From assembly GCA_049679185.1 (NCBI GenBank), contig JBAUFO010000106.1:223-64222 (forward strand): a stretch of 64,000 nt of DNA, written 5' to 3'. Positions within the stretch are counted from its first letter, which is position 1. Each line of letters opens with the position of its first letter. Source of the DNA: Candidatus Zixiibacteriota bacterium (GTDB lineage: Bacteria > Zixibacteria > MSB-5A5 > SM1-73). This document shows positions 41,585 through 51,094 of the stretch, one piece after another. The notes under the pieces are model-generated. The model had not been told where the DNA came from. It searched no databases and saw nothing but the letters and a program-made list of their open reading frames with translations. The position numbers and the translations under genes are program-made.

Positions 41585-42733
41585 TCAGAAAGGCAGAAAC
41601 CGCCAGACAAAAGACAGGCGGATATCCACAGTGGTGCATAGGATATACAGCGAGCAAAACAAGGTATACATGCCGCAAACGCCCCGGAAGAGCAAGACCC
41701 AAGACAGGAAGCGGCCGCCGCCTGTTTCCGACACTGCAGGCCCAGAGCCAACGTGGCGCAGCCGGTAATCCGCGTAGAAACACACAAAGAACGTTAGAAT
41801 GATATTCACGAAACGTGCGATGTGCCAAGGTTTCACGTTGAATACGAAGGTGTAGATGCTGAGCAGATCAGCGTTCTCACCTAAGTAATTCTGCAGCAAG
41901 GTGAGCTGCTGATTGAATTGAGACAGCAAGAAAATGGGCGCGATGTAGAATATCAGAAGTGCGCCTAGCGAGTACGTCCGTCTCAGTTTCTCAACTTCAT
42001 TCTGCTTGATCAACTCAAGGCTTTGCTGCGCGTTTATTCCCTTGGGGAAGGCCACGTTAATGATCCAAAGAAAAGGAAGGTAAATGACAGATGTAGACTT
42101 CAAAGACATTCGATACAAGATGGCCGGCAAGAAAATTGAGACTAGCAGGACAGGAAACGTGAGGACATCGACAAGTAGTCCCAGGATTCTCCAGAAGCCT
42201 CGGTGGCGCCGGATCGTGATTGCGAAAAAGGCCCGCACGAAGGGCCACTCGTAAGCGCTGTCCTTTGCCCCATGTTTCCAGTGTCCTGGAACCACTTCCG
42301 GTGGATGGGCAAAATCGATGACGAGAGCGAACCGCTTCCAGTTAAGTGGTATTGCTTTGATACTGCCTACCGGGTCCCGCAGCACACCCAGAACGACGGT
42401 TAGAACTCGAATCACGAAGGGGAGAATTATCAAACCCGCAACACCTAGTGCGTCCCCGATTGCAGCCGTGATAAAATGCCGCTTTCTCATGGCTCGAACG
42501 AAGTCTCGAAGCCAGCCTTCTCCCCTGTCAGCCCATCGGACACCAGTCAACGTAGCGAAATCTGTCCTCAGCAATAGGAATGGTGCGATACAGACCGCTA
42601 CTATTACGTGGCCCCAGTCATCGCGGACGAGGCCTATGCTGACCGTGATGCCCATGGCCAGTACAGTCTCGATAATTGCAAGGGCTGAGATTTCTCCCTT
42701 GTCAACCGACTGAGGATTCGAGAACAATCTCAT
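41585..42733 (-). CDS. hypothetical polytopic membrane protein
   Basis: Multiple hydrophobic helices, no recognisable family; the C-terminal 40-50 aa of the ORF may be over-extension. Confidence 0.45.
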   Translation of the reverse strand: MRLFSNPQSVDKGEISALAIIETVLAMGITVSIGLVRDDWGHVIVAVCIAPFLLLRTDFATLTGVRWADRGEGWLRDFVRAMRKRHFITAAIGDALGVAGLIILPFVIRVLTVVLGVLRDPVGSIKAIPLNWKRFALVIDFAHPPEVVPGHWKHGAKDSAYEWPFVRAFFAITIRRHRGFWRILGLLVDVLTFPVLLVSIFLPAILYRMSLKSTSVIYLPFLWIINVAFPKGINAQQSLELIKQNEVEKLRRTYSLGALLIFYIAPIFLLSQFNQQLTLLQNYLGENADLLSIYTFVFNVKPWHIARFVNIILTFFVCFYADYRLRHVGSGPAVSETGGGRFLSWVLLFRGVCGMYTLFCSLYILCTTVDIRLSFVWRFLPF

Positions 42734-42889
42734 GCCTGGGTCTCGGTTCTTAGCTGTTTAACGCTTGCGCCAGCGCCGGCATGCCGCTGGGGAAAGCCAG
42801 CCGTGTTGAAGACTATCAGGATTAGCCCCGAAACACTGCGCTCCGCTGTCCAGCGCTGCGGCTGCTTGGCGGCCGGTCGCAGCATCTTC

Positions 42890-43591
42890 TTAGCTTGACT
42901 CTTCTTGAATCGAACTAATGGCTTCTCTAATCACCTTTTGCCTTAATTTCGTGAGTTCGTGGATTCCCAAAACTCTCTGCAGATGATTGATTATTGTCTC
43001 ATGTGCGATATCTTTGTTCACGCTGCCTTCTTCTTTTTTGATTCCGGTTACGTCCGAAAAAACCTCGAACATCTTGTCTATCACCCTGGTTCTCTTCTCG
43101 CCAACCGGCAAGTGCTCCTCAAGCCGTGCGCTTGCACCGATTTCGGTGAGGGCCTTCTCGTATGGCAGAAGTCGTTCGACGATGTCCTCAGTTAGCCAAG
43201 CGCGAAATCCGGACCTGATTTTGGAAAGCTTTCCCGCCAACGAAAAGGCCTCTCCCGTCGGCCCTTCAACAAAAAGCTGGCCCAACCCTTCATCCATCTG
43301 AGCTATGTACCTCTCGCAGAACTCCACGTGTTTGTCAAATGCCACACCCGCCATATGTGATGTGACTCCCAGGTTGAAAAACTGCTGCTTTCTCTGAAGC
43401 TCCTTTTCCCTCTCGTACTTGATTTTGTCCCGGAGCATATGGAATGCTACAGCAGCTAACGCCCCAGTTCCGGGGAGGGATGCGACGCCCTTGAAAGCCT
43501 GGGAGACCGGCAGGAACAAAGCCGCGGCAAATGATACAACAACAACCGCAAGCAGAGCCAAGTAGAACTTTTGTGAAAACTCTATGTTCAT
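42890..43591 (-). CDS. hypothetical protein with N-terminal transmembrane anchor(s) and helical cytoplasmic domain
   Basis: 233 aa, one or two N-terminal TM segments, no family recognised; same strand and 156 bp upstream of the membrane protein. Confidence 0.45.
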   Translation of the reverse strand: MNIEFSQKFYLALLAVVVVSFAAALFLPVSQAFKGVASLPGTGALAAVAFHMLRDKIKYEREKELQRKQQFFNLGVTSHMAGVAFDKHVEFCERYIAQMDEGLGQLFVEGPTGEAFSLAGKLSKIRSGFRAWLTEDIVERLLPYEKALTEIGASARLEEHLPVGEKRTRVIDKMFEVFSDVTGIKKEEGSVNKDIAHETIINHLQRVLGIHELTKLRQKVIREAISSIQEESS

Positions 43592-43701
43592 CGCAGTCTT
43601 GGCGATTCACCACTCCAATGAAGCATAAACTCAAAGCAATCTAATGATATATCGAGAAATAGATTCTAGCAAGCGATTTTCGGGGCATGTTTGAAGCTCT
43701 T

Positions 43702-45915
43702 TCAGGATATACCTACGATCTTCCCCTTCCCCGCCCCCGTGAAATCTCCGATATGAGCCACTTCAGTGATCCCTTTGCCCTTCAGGGCCCTCAGCATCTC
43801 GTCCTTCTTGTCCGCTGGCAACACAATGACCAGCCCCCCGGAGGTTTGTGCATCGCAAAGGATAAGCCTGGTCGTCTCTGGTATACTCTTGTCCCACTCG
43901 ACGGTGTCCGAAACGAAATCCAGGTTAGAGAGCGTGCCACCGGGCACTGCTCCTGCTGCGGCAAGGTCCCAGGCTTCTTTTATCACCGGCACCTTGCTGG
44001 CGTAGATCACGGCGTCGACTTTGCTTGCCCGTGTCATCTCCCTCAGGTGGCCTAACAGTCCAAATCCGGTTACGTCGGTGCAAGCGTGCGCGCCAACTTT
44101 CAGCATTGCTTCGGCCGCATCACGGTTAAGGGTGCTCATAATCTTCACTGCTTTCTGGGCCAGCTCGTCTGAGGCCATGCCGCGCTTTACGGCCGTGGAG
44201 ATGATTCCCAGCCCTATCGGCTTTGTCAATATGATTGCATCACCCGGCTTAGCCTTATCATTCGTCAGAACACGATCGGGATCGATGATCCCGGTCACCA
44301 CCAGGCCGAATTTCGGCTCGTTGTCCTCCACCGTATGCCCTCCCAGGATGCCGATGCCCGCTTCCTTAGCCTTGTCATGCGCTCCCTTCAGAATCTGCTG
44401 GAGAACCTCTAAAGGCAGTCGTTTCTCCGGAAAACCCACCACGCTCAAAGCAAAAATGGGTCGCCCGCCCATGGCGTAGATGTCACTCAAGGAATTGGCT
44501 GCTGCAATGGCTCCAAAATCGTATGGATCGTCCACGACGGGAGTGAAAAAGTCAACAGTCTGCACGATTGCCGTTCCATCCTGCAACTTATACACGGCGG
44601 CATCGTCAGCTGTGGTGGTGCCGACGATCACGTTGGGATCAGCTACAGGCGGCAGGCTCTTAAGCACCTCTTCCAAAGCCTGCGGCCGCAGTTTGCAGGC
44701 ACAACCCAAGCCGTGAGTGTAATGTGTCAACTTGATATCCTTTAGATCCACCTTCTCGACGGTCGGGGCTTCTGGGCTGGGAGATAGACGAGCTACTGCC
44801 TGAGTGATGGCATCAACCGCTTGGTCAATCTCCTTTGCGGTGGTGTTGCGCCCGGTTGAGAATCGAATGGTCTCGAATGCCATTTCAGGAGGAACCTTCA
44901 TTGCCAGCAGAACCGACGAAGGCTCCTTGGAGTCAGCATGACAGGCAGCTCCGGGAGAGGCAGCGACTTCTTCCAGTTCAGAGAGCAGGGTATTGGCGTC
45001 GACCCCGGGGAAGCTTACACTCAGCGTATTGGGCAATCGTTTCTCCGGGTGACCGTTCAGTTTGAGCCCGGGGATGCCCTTCTTCAAACCCTCCCACAGG
45101 CGGTCGCGCAGAGTTCGCATATGGGCTGCCTTCTTGTCTAAGTCTCTCTGAGCAATTTCCGCCGCCTTTCCCAATCCTACGATTTCAAGCACGTTTTCAG
45201 TGCCCGCCCTTGCTCCTTGCTCCTGGCCGGCGCCGTGCACGAGAGTCTCAATCTTGACCCCACGACGGATATACAGGGCACCGACGCCTTTTGGGCCATA
45301 GAACTTGTGCCCGGCAATGGAGAGAAGATCAACTCCGAGCTCCTCAACATTGGTGGGTATCTTGCCCACGCACTGGGCCGAATCAGTGTGAAAGACTATG
45401 CTCTGCTCACGGGCGACTTTGCTGATCTCGGAAATCGGCTGGATGGTGCCCACCTCGTTGTTAGCCTGCATTATGGTGATAAGTATTGTTTCCGCTTTAA
45501 TGGCTTTCCTGACCGATTCCGGGTCGATCAAACCATACTCATCTACTGGCACATAGGTGACCGTGAAGCCCTGTTTCTCCAGCCATTTGCAGGGATTGAT
45601 CACCGCCGGGTGCTCGACCTCAGACGTGATGATATGTCTGCCCTTATCCTGCAGAGCGTAGGCCACCCCCTTGATCGCCATGTTGTTGGATTCGCTTCCT
45701 CCGCTGGTGAAGATCACCTCATCGGGATGGCACCCTAAGAGATCAGCTACCTGCCGGCGGGCTTTCTCCACTGCGAGCTTCGTCTGTGTCCCATACCAGT
45801 GTCCGCTTGAAGGGTTGCCGAAATACTCCTGCAAAAAAGGGAGCATGGCCTCGGCAACTTCCGGATCTACCGGCGTGGTGGCATTATGATCTAAATAGAT
45901 CGGTTTCTTGGCCAT
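43702..45915 (-). CDS. selD: bifunctional NifS-like cysteine desulfurase/selenocysteine lyase (N-terminal) fused to selenide, water dikinase SelD (C-terminal)
   Basis: N-terminal class-V aminotransferase (HNATTPVDPEV..., PLP-Lys region SIAGHKFYGPKG). C-terminal half has SelD/AIRS motifs (LTHYTHGLGCACKL with Cys rather than Sec, DVTGFGLLGHL). Confidence 0.8.
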   Translation of the reverse strand: MAKKPIYLDHNATTPVDPEVAEAMLPFLQEYFGNPSSGHWYGTQTKLAVEKARRQVADLLGCHPDEVIFTSGGSESNNMAIKGVAYALQDKGRHIITSEVEHPAVINPCKWLEKQGFTVTYVPVDEYGLIDPESVRKAIKAETILITIMQANNEVGTIQPISEISKVAREQSIVFHTDSAQCVGKIPTNVEELGVDLLSIAGHKFYGPKGVGALYIRRGVKIETLVHGAGQEQGARAGTENVLEIVGLGKAAEIAQRDLDKKAAHMRTLRDRLWEGLKKGIPGLKLNGHPEKRLPNTLSVSFPGVDANTLLSELEEVAASPGAACHADSKEPSSVLLAMKVPPEMAFETIRFSTGRNTTAKEIDQAVDAITQAVARLSPSPEAPTVEKVDLKDIKLTHYTHGLGCACKLRPQALEEVLKSLPPVADPNVIVGTTTADDAAVYKLQDGTAIVQTVDFFTPVVDDPYDFGAIAAANSLSDIYAMGGRPIFALSVVGFPEKRLPLEVLQQILKGAHDKAKEAGIGILGGHTVEDNEPKFGLVVTGIIDPDRVLTNDKAKPGDAIILTKPIGLGIISTAVKRGMASDELAQKAVKIMSTLNRDAAEAMLKVGAHACTDVTGFGLLGHLREMTRASKVDAVIYASKVPVIKEAWDLAAAGAVPGGTLSNLDFVSDTVEWDKSIPETTRLILCDAQTSGGLVIVLPADKKDEMLRALKGKGITEVAHIGDFTGAGKGKIVGIS

Positions 45916-45989
45916 AATTTGTCTCTACCTGATGAATGTACCGGCAATCGCGCAGCACGCGTGCTCAAACGATTCGCTTCTTGATCCCC

Positions 45990-46233
45990 GCCAGTGGTTT
46001 ACCGTCCCCTCGGGGAGAGGAACTCATGGTTTGCCTTCAATTTTAAACTTTGAACTGTAATTTTACATTTTTCTCTTTGAATTTTGATTTCTCTCCCCCC
46101 TCACTCTGGCTCTCTCCACCAAGGGAAGAGAGGGCCTGATTCCTTCTCCCCTCTGAGAGAGTGAATTCATGGTTTGCCTGCAATTTTGAATTTTGAACTG
46201 TAATTTTACATTTTGCTGTTTGAATTTTGATCT
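45990..46233. repeat. tandem pair of about 145-bp units, each a GC-rich hairpin module (cccctcNgagagNgaaNtcatggtttgcc) followed by a family-A AT-rich module
   Basis: Unit 1 about 45990-46095, unit 2 about 46120-46233, roughly 85% identical; lies between the prolyl oligopeptidase stop and the NifS-SelD start. Confidence 0.6.
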
Positions 46234-48462
46234 TTAGTATTCCATCCCTAACTGCCAGAAGACGAAAGTCCAGGCGTCGGTGTATTCCTCAATCGACTTG
46301 GACAGCGGCGTGCCCGCCCCGTGCCCGGCCTTGGTCGCGTAGCGCAACAGAATGGGCGTATCCGAGGAAGTGGCCGCCTGCAAGCGGGCTGTCATCTTGG
46401 CTGCGTGCATGGGATCGACCCGGGTGTCGGAATCCGCGGTCAAAAGAAGCGTGGCCGGATACGGCGTGCCATCGACGACCCGATGATAAGGAGAATAGGC
46501 ATAGAGCCACTGAAACTGTACCGAGTCCTCCGGTGACCCGTATTCGTAAATCCACAGCTTGGCGATCAAGAAATGGTGGTACCTGGTCATGTCCAGAAGA
46601 GGATTCCAGCAGATCACCGCACCGAACAGATCGGGCCTCTGGGTCATCACCGCCCCAACCAGAAGCCCGCCGTTGCTCCCTCCCCGGATAACCAATTTGG
46701 ACGGGCTGGTATAACCATTCTCGATCAACCACTCTGCAGCGGCAATGAAGTCGTCAAAGACGTTCTGCTTGTTCCCCAGCATCCCCTCCTTGTGCCACCT
46801 CTCGCCATATTCCGATCCTCCCCTGAGGTTGGGGATTGCAAGGACTCCCCCGTGCTCAAGCCAGAGAAACCTGTTGCGATGAAAGCTGGGGGTTGCGGGG
46901 GAGTTGAATCCTCCATAACCGGTCAAGAGGGTGGGATTACTCCCATCCAGCTTGACTCCCTTTCGGTGCACCAGAAACATGGAGACTTTAGTCCCATCTT
47001 TGGACTCGTACCACACCTGCTCCACCTGATAGGGTGAGGTGTCGAGGTCCGACTCCACCTCCTGGTAAAGCGCAAGTTTCTCCGCCTTGAGATCGTAGTG
47101 GTAGATCGTTGGCGGCATGAAATAGGAGTTAAAGGCAAAGAGGATCTCCGACCCTTCCCATTCACCATGCAGATCGTAAACCGAGCCTAGGGTGGGGAGT
47201 TCGATGTCTTTGATATATTCGCCGGAGAGTGAAAAAATTTTCAATTTGGACGAGGCGTTATGCATGTATTGGGCCACCAGCCAGTCTCCCACCACAACCA
47301 CTCTTTCTAAGACCGATTCATCCTCACCAATAAGCTCCTCCCAGTTCTCCTCAGCCGGCTCCTTCAAATTGACTTTGACAAAGCGATAGTTTGAGGCCTT
47401 GTAGTTGGTGTGAAGATAGAGGTTGTCTCCCACGATCTGTCCTTTGAAGATCGCGCCGGTTCCCACCGTGATAGGGACGAACCCCTCCGGTCCGACGGAT
47501 TCCGGGGAAGATTTCAACTCCTGAAAATAGACGTCCGTCTTATCCCAGCCCATGAATATCGAGAGCAAAAGATACCGGTCGTCCGGCGAAAAGGATATGC
47601 TCAGCCACTCGGTCATCTCGCGTCCCTCGCCGAATACCTTGGGATCACTCTCCGGGTCCGTTCCCAGCACATGATAGAAGATATGTCGATGATAATTCTC
47701 CTCCCCCTCCGGAACCGTGCCTGCTGCTGGCAGGCGGGAATAATAAAACCCGGTATTGTCGCTCTTCCAGGATAAGGCGGTGTATCGCGTTCTGGTGATG
47801 ACGTCGGGAAGCTGTGCACCGGTCTTGACGTCCAGGACATAGAGGGTGCTCTGTTCCGATCCTTCCCGGGAAAGTCCATAGGCCAACAGCTTTCCGTCTT
47901 CTGAGGGAAACCACCAGTCTAAGGCGACCAGACCCTCTTCATCCATTACGTTTGGGTCTATCAGCACCCGCTCTCTGCCCTGCAATCCCTCGCGCACGTA
48001 GAGAACCGGCTGGTTTTGCTTCCCCTCTCTCTTGATATGGAAGTACCGGCCCTTGTGTATCTTAGGCGAACGGATGTCACCGATGGAGAAGAGCGTCTCC
48101 AGACGTTCTCCGATTTTCTTGTGATTTGAAAGGTTGTCCAGAGCAGACCGGGTATACTGGTTTTGTTGATCCACCCATCCTTTCACATCCTCGCTCTCCC
48201 TATTCTCCAACCAGCGGTATGGGTCCTCCACCTTGTGCCCAAATATCTCTTCCGTAACGTTTTCCACCCGCGTCTCCGGTGGTGCCCCAAGAAAGGCCCC
48301 CTCCTTCAGATTTGAGCCGGTGTCACAGCCAGAAGTGAACAAAAGGGCCAAACCCGCAAACAGGACAAAAAAGCCCCCGATGGCGAATCTGCAAACTACC
48401 TCTCTGTCGATCATAAGACCTCCAAGGGAACAAGATTGAAAGTTGATCGGCGTCCTTATCAC
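46234..48462 (-). CDS. prolyl oligopeptidase (S9A family), membrane/lipid-anchored
   Basis: Beta-propeller plus alpha/beta-hydrolase domain with catalytic Ser in [11 protein letters not shown]; N-terminal hydrophobic segment ending LFTSGC (lipobox-like). Confidence 0.85.
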   Translation of the reverse strand: MIRTPINFQSCSLGGLMIDREVVCRFAIGGFFVLFAGLALLFTSGCDTGSNLKEGAFLGAPPETRVENVTEEIFGHKVEDPYRWLENRESEDVKGWVDQQNQYTRSALDNLSNHKKIGERLETLFSIGDIRSPKIHKGRYFHIKREGKQNQPVLYVREGLQGRERVLIDPNVMDEEGLVALDWWFPSEDGKLLAYGLSREGSEQSTLYVLDVKTGAQLPDVITRTRYTALSWKSDNTGFYYSRLPAAGTVPEGEENYHRHIFYHVLGTDPESDPKVFGEGREMTEWLSISFSPDDRYLLLSIFMGWDKTDVYFQELKSSPESVGPEGFVPITVGTGAIFKGQIVGDNLYLHTNYKASNYRFVKVNLKEPAEENWEELIGEDESVLERVVVVGDWLVAQYMHNASSKLKIFSLSGEYIKDIELPTLGSVYDLHGEWEGSEILFAFNSYFMPPTIYHYDLKAEKLALYQEVESDLDTSPYQVEQVWYESKDGTKVSMFLVHRKGVKLDGSNPTLLTGYGGFNSPATPSFHRNRFLWLEHGGVLAIPNLRGGSEYGERWHKEGMLGNKQNVFDDFIAAAEWLIENGYTSPSKLVIRGGSNGGLLVGAVMTQRPDLFGAVICWNPLLDMTRYHHFLIAKLWIYEYGSPEDSVQFQWLYAYSPYHRVVDGTPYPATLLLTADSDTRVDPMHAAKMTARLQAATSSDTPILLRYATKAGHGAGTPLSKSIEEYTDAWTFVFWQLGMEY

Positions 48463-48844
48463 AAGCCCAAACGCGAGATACGCGAGCTTAGAGCCAAGAT
48501 AATAATTCGCTGGGCGGTATGCAAGTCAAATATCCTGCGTCTGTCTTAATCAGCAGAGACTTCTGGTGATGGGCCAGTTCGATCTCTGTGATTCTCTTCA
48601 CTACTTGTACACGCCGGTACATCGTAGCAGGACGAATGTACCGCCAGGTTCACTGGCAGGTGTGTGTTTAAATGTGAAGCATCTCGTTGGCGCATGCTAA
48701 TCCCTTGAGTTCTTATGACTTAGTTTTGCACGCCCGGTCCCTCTTCCAGTTTGGCATCGTTCTTGCAATACGGGGTGGTCGAAGTTAGTGGCTGGCTCAA
48801 AAGATAGGAGCCGGTAAAGCGAAGATTCTAACCGGAGGTGTGTT

Positions 48845-49882
48845 ATGAGACCAAGACTGATCATTACGCTGCTGGTCAGTCTGGTGGTGATGGTCTTCAT
48901 CGTGAACGGGTGCATTTTCGACTCCTCGAAGAAGATCAACAATGACACCAACGAACTCGAGATCCCCGATTTGGAGGACGAGTTTGGTGGATTCAAGCCC
49001 ACCGATGAAGTGGCGGGATTTGGCGACCCGGAGATTTTGACCGAGTTCGCAGAGGACCAGGACGTTGTCGATCTTCTGAGCACCGATCCCCAGATTGCTG
49101 CGGACATTGAGGATTCCCTGGTGGACGTTTATTTCCTGCGGATCACCTGGGGAAGACTTGAGTGGGATACCACCCCCACGGCGGTTACCGACTGGAGCGG
49201 CTCGGCCCAGATAGACAAGGGCACTCTGGTGCTCTTGCGGAAGATCCGTTTTGAGCCGGGCGATTATATCCACAGGCCGCGGCCGGATCCCCGGACCTTA
49301 GAGTGGACCTCCTTTACCGGGCCTCATTTCGACGGTATCTACGTCGCCATTGTGGTTCCGCCGTCGGAAACGACAAGTGCGGAAGGCACTCTGACCTTCT
49401 CCACCACCCCTTTCAGCCAGACATTCAACTTCTCTGAATTGGAGTCCATAAATGTCGTCCATTCGGTTGATCAACAGGGAAATGAGATCGCCTTGGTGGG
49501 TCACAAGAAGCAGTTGATTCCGTGCGGCAACGGATTCTTGGAAGGAAGATGGATAAAGACCGCGCAGCATAAGGGAGTTTTCAAGGGGAGGTGGATCAAC
49601 CGGCATGGAGGCCTGGCCGGTCATCTCAAGGGGCAGTGGGGAGTGAGGGAAAATGGTGAAAAGGTCTTCTTCGGCAAATACATAAGCCACAGCGGCGCAT
49701 TCAAAGGACTTCTCAGGGGACGCTGGGGCTATTCAGACAACCAGGAGGGAGGATGGTTCGCTGGAGAGTGGTGTGACCAAAACGGCCAGCCAAAGGGGGT
49801 TCTCAAAGGTCATTTCAGAGCTGGCGGCGACAAAGGCAGAAAGGGGTACTTCCAGGGACAGTGGAAAAAACTCTGCCCTTAG
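48845..49882 (+). CDS. hypothetical lipoprotein with C-terminal G-x-(L/F)-K-G-x-W repeats (MORN-like periodicity)
   Basis: Signal peptide with lipobox IVNGC; the C-terminal 110 aa contain at least 6 repeats of KG.W-type motifs (GVFKGRWIN, GHLKGQWGV, GLLRGRWGY, GVLKGHFRA, GYFQGQWKK). Confidence 0.55.
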   Translation: MRPRLIITLLVSLVVMVFIVNGCIFDSSKKINNDTNELEIPDLEDEFGGFKPTDEVAGFGDPEILTEFAEDQDVVDLLSTDPQIAADIEDSLVDVYFLRITWGRLEWDTTPTAVTDWSGSAQIDKGTLVLLRKIRFEPGDYIHRPRPDPRTLEWTSFTGPHFDGIYVAIVVPPSETTSAEGTLTFSTTPFSQTFNFSELESINVVHSVDQQGNEIALVGHKKQLIPCGNGFLEGRWIKTAQHKGVFKGRWINRHGGLAGHLKGQWGVRENGEKVFFGKYISHSGAFKGLLRGRWGYSDNQEGGWFAGEWCDQNGQPKGVLKGHFRAGGDKGRKGYFQGQWKKLCP

Positions 49883-50023
49883 GCTACCTACGCCAAGGCA
49901 TTTGTGCACGACGGCCTGGAATAGCTCTTCTGAGGGGGTCTTGAAAGGAGGTGAGAAACGGTCAAGGTAGGATTTCCATGTACTTGCTGATAATCACAGA
50001 AATCTCTTCACGGAGGAAGGACA

Positions 50024-50473
50024 ATGTCATTAAAGAAAATCAAAAACAGCCTCTTTAGTCTTATCGGACTTGTGGCGCTGCTTTTAGCCGCCTCTGGTGT
50101 GGTGTCCACAGCAGCCCATGCTTGTGAGGTCACGATTAGTATTGATGTGTCACCAAACATTCTGAACGTTCAAAGTAACAGTACAGTCCTGACTGTACAC
50201 ACCAATATCGATTATCACCTTGTCAATGCCCCGACCGTATCCATATATCTGGGCGCCGATGATCCGAATCCCGTGGCCATCAACTGGTGGAAAGCAGATG
50301 ACTGCGGTAATTTCGTTGCGAAGTTTTCAATGAGCGACATCAAGGCACAGCTGGGACCCGACGACTACGATAAACTTCTTACCTTTACGATGAAAGGCGA
50401 GACAACTTCCGGCGAAGAGTTTTGTGGGGAACAAGATATCCTTGTGGCAAACAACGGGCCAAACAGCCGGTAA
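50024..50473 (+). CDS. hypothetical small secreted protein
   Basis: Sec signal peptide (LVALLLAASGVVSTAAHA), 149 aa, no family recognised. Confidence 0.5.
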   Translation: MSLKKIKNSLFSLIGLVALLLAASGVVSTAAHACEVTISIDVSPNILNVQSNSTVLTVHTNIDYHLVNAPTVSIYLGADDPNPVAINWWKADDCGNFVAKFSMSDIKAQLGPDDYDKLLTFTMKGETTSGEEFCGEQDILVANNGPNSR

Positions 50474-51094
50474 GTGATTGCCATTTGCCAACCATCGATC
50501 ACAACACCGGCATCGATTTCAGAGAAGGGCGGATGTTCTCATCCGCCCTTTTTATATCTGTACGGAGATGGCTGGATTTTGGCCGATCCGCAGGCGGACA
50601 AGGTGGGTGAGACGCCGGAACCTAACAGGTGGACTCTGGCTAAAGAATCCATCCTGATAAACAGAGTGTTAACGCCTTAATTGCTGTGAGCCTATCTCCA
50701 TTATGTCTGAATGCTGAAGGATCGGAGTAATTGCCCGATTACCATGAATCCCCCTTTAAAAAAGGGGGACTGAGGGGGATTATGAAAGACTAGTTCTCCC
50801 AAACTTACCGAGAACCTGTCACGTTAAAAAGTTGATGACCATAAGCTGGGCGCTGGTTCTCGCAGCGCAACGGCCAGAAAATCGTTGACAAAACGAGAAA
50901 TCCTGCTAAATTACTGTTTAGAGGACAAAACTCCTCCATTCTTGGATGGACTTGAAAGAGGGAAGTTTCTTGCGGTGTCGTTTTGTTAAAATCTCCGGGC
51001 ATCACGCTGGTGCCGGCCGGCTCTCCGGAAAGGGGAGCATTCTTAAGATACCGTCTCTCGTCAGCCGATAATGTTCTTAGATAAGGGGAAAGAA

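Noticed and set aside
43702-45915. Possibility that SelD here is a selenoprotein with an in-frame TGA
   Set aside because: The ORF is continuous and the conserved N-terminal SelD position is Cys (GLGCACK). No in-frame TGA-split ORF pairs suggesting Sec were seen elsewhere in the window.
50474-50680. 68-aa ORF starting immediately after the small secreted protein gene
   Set aside because: It is in a different frame, has no RBS and low-complexity content. The region more likely holds the terminator-like hairpin ccccctttaaaaaagggggac at about 50740.
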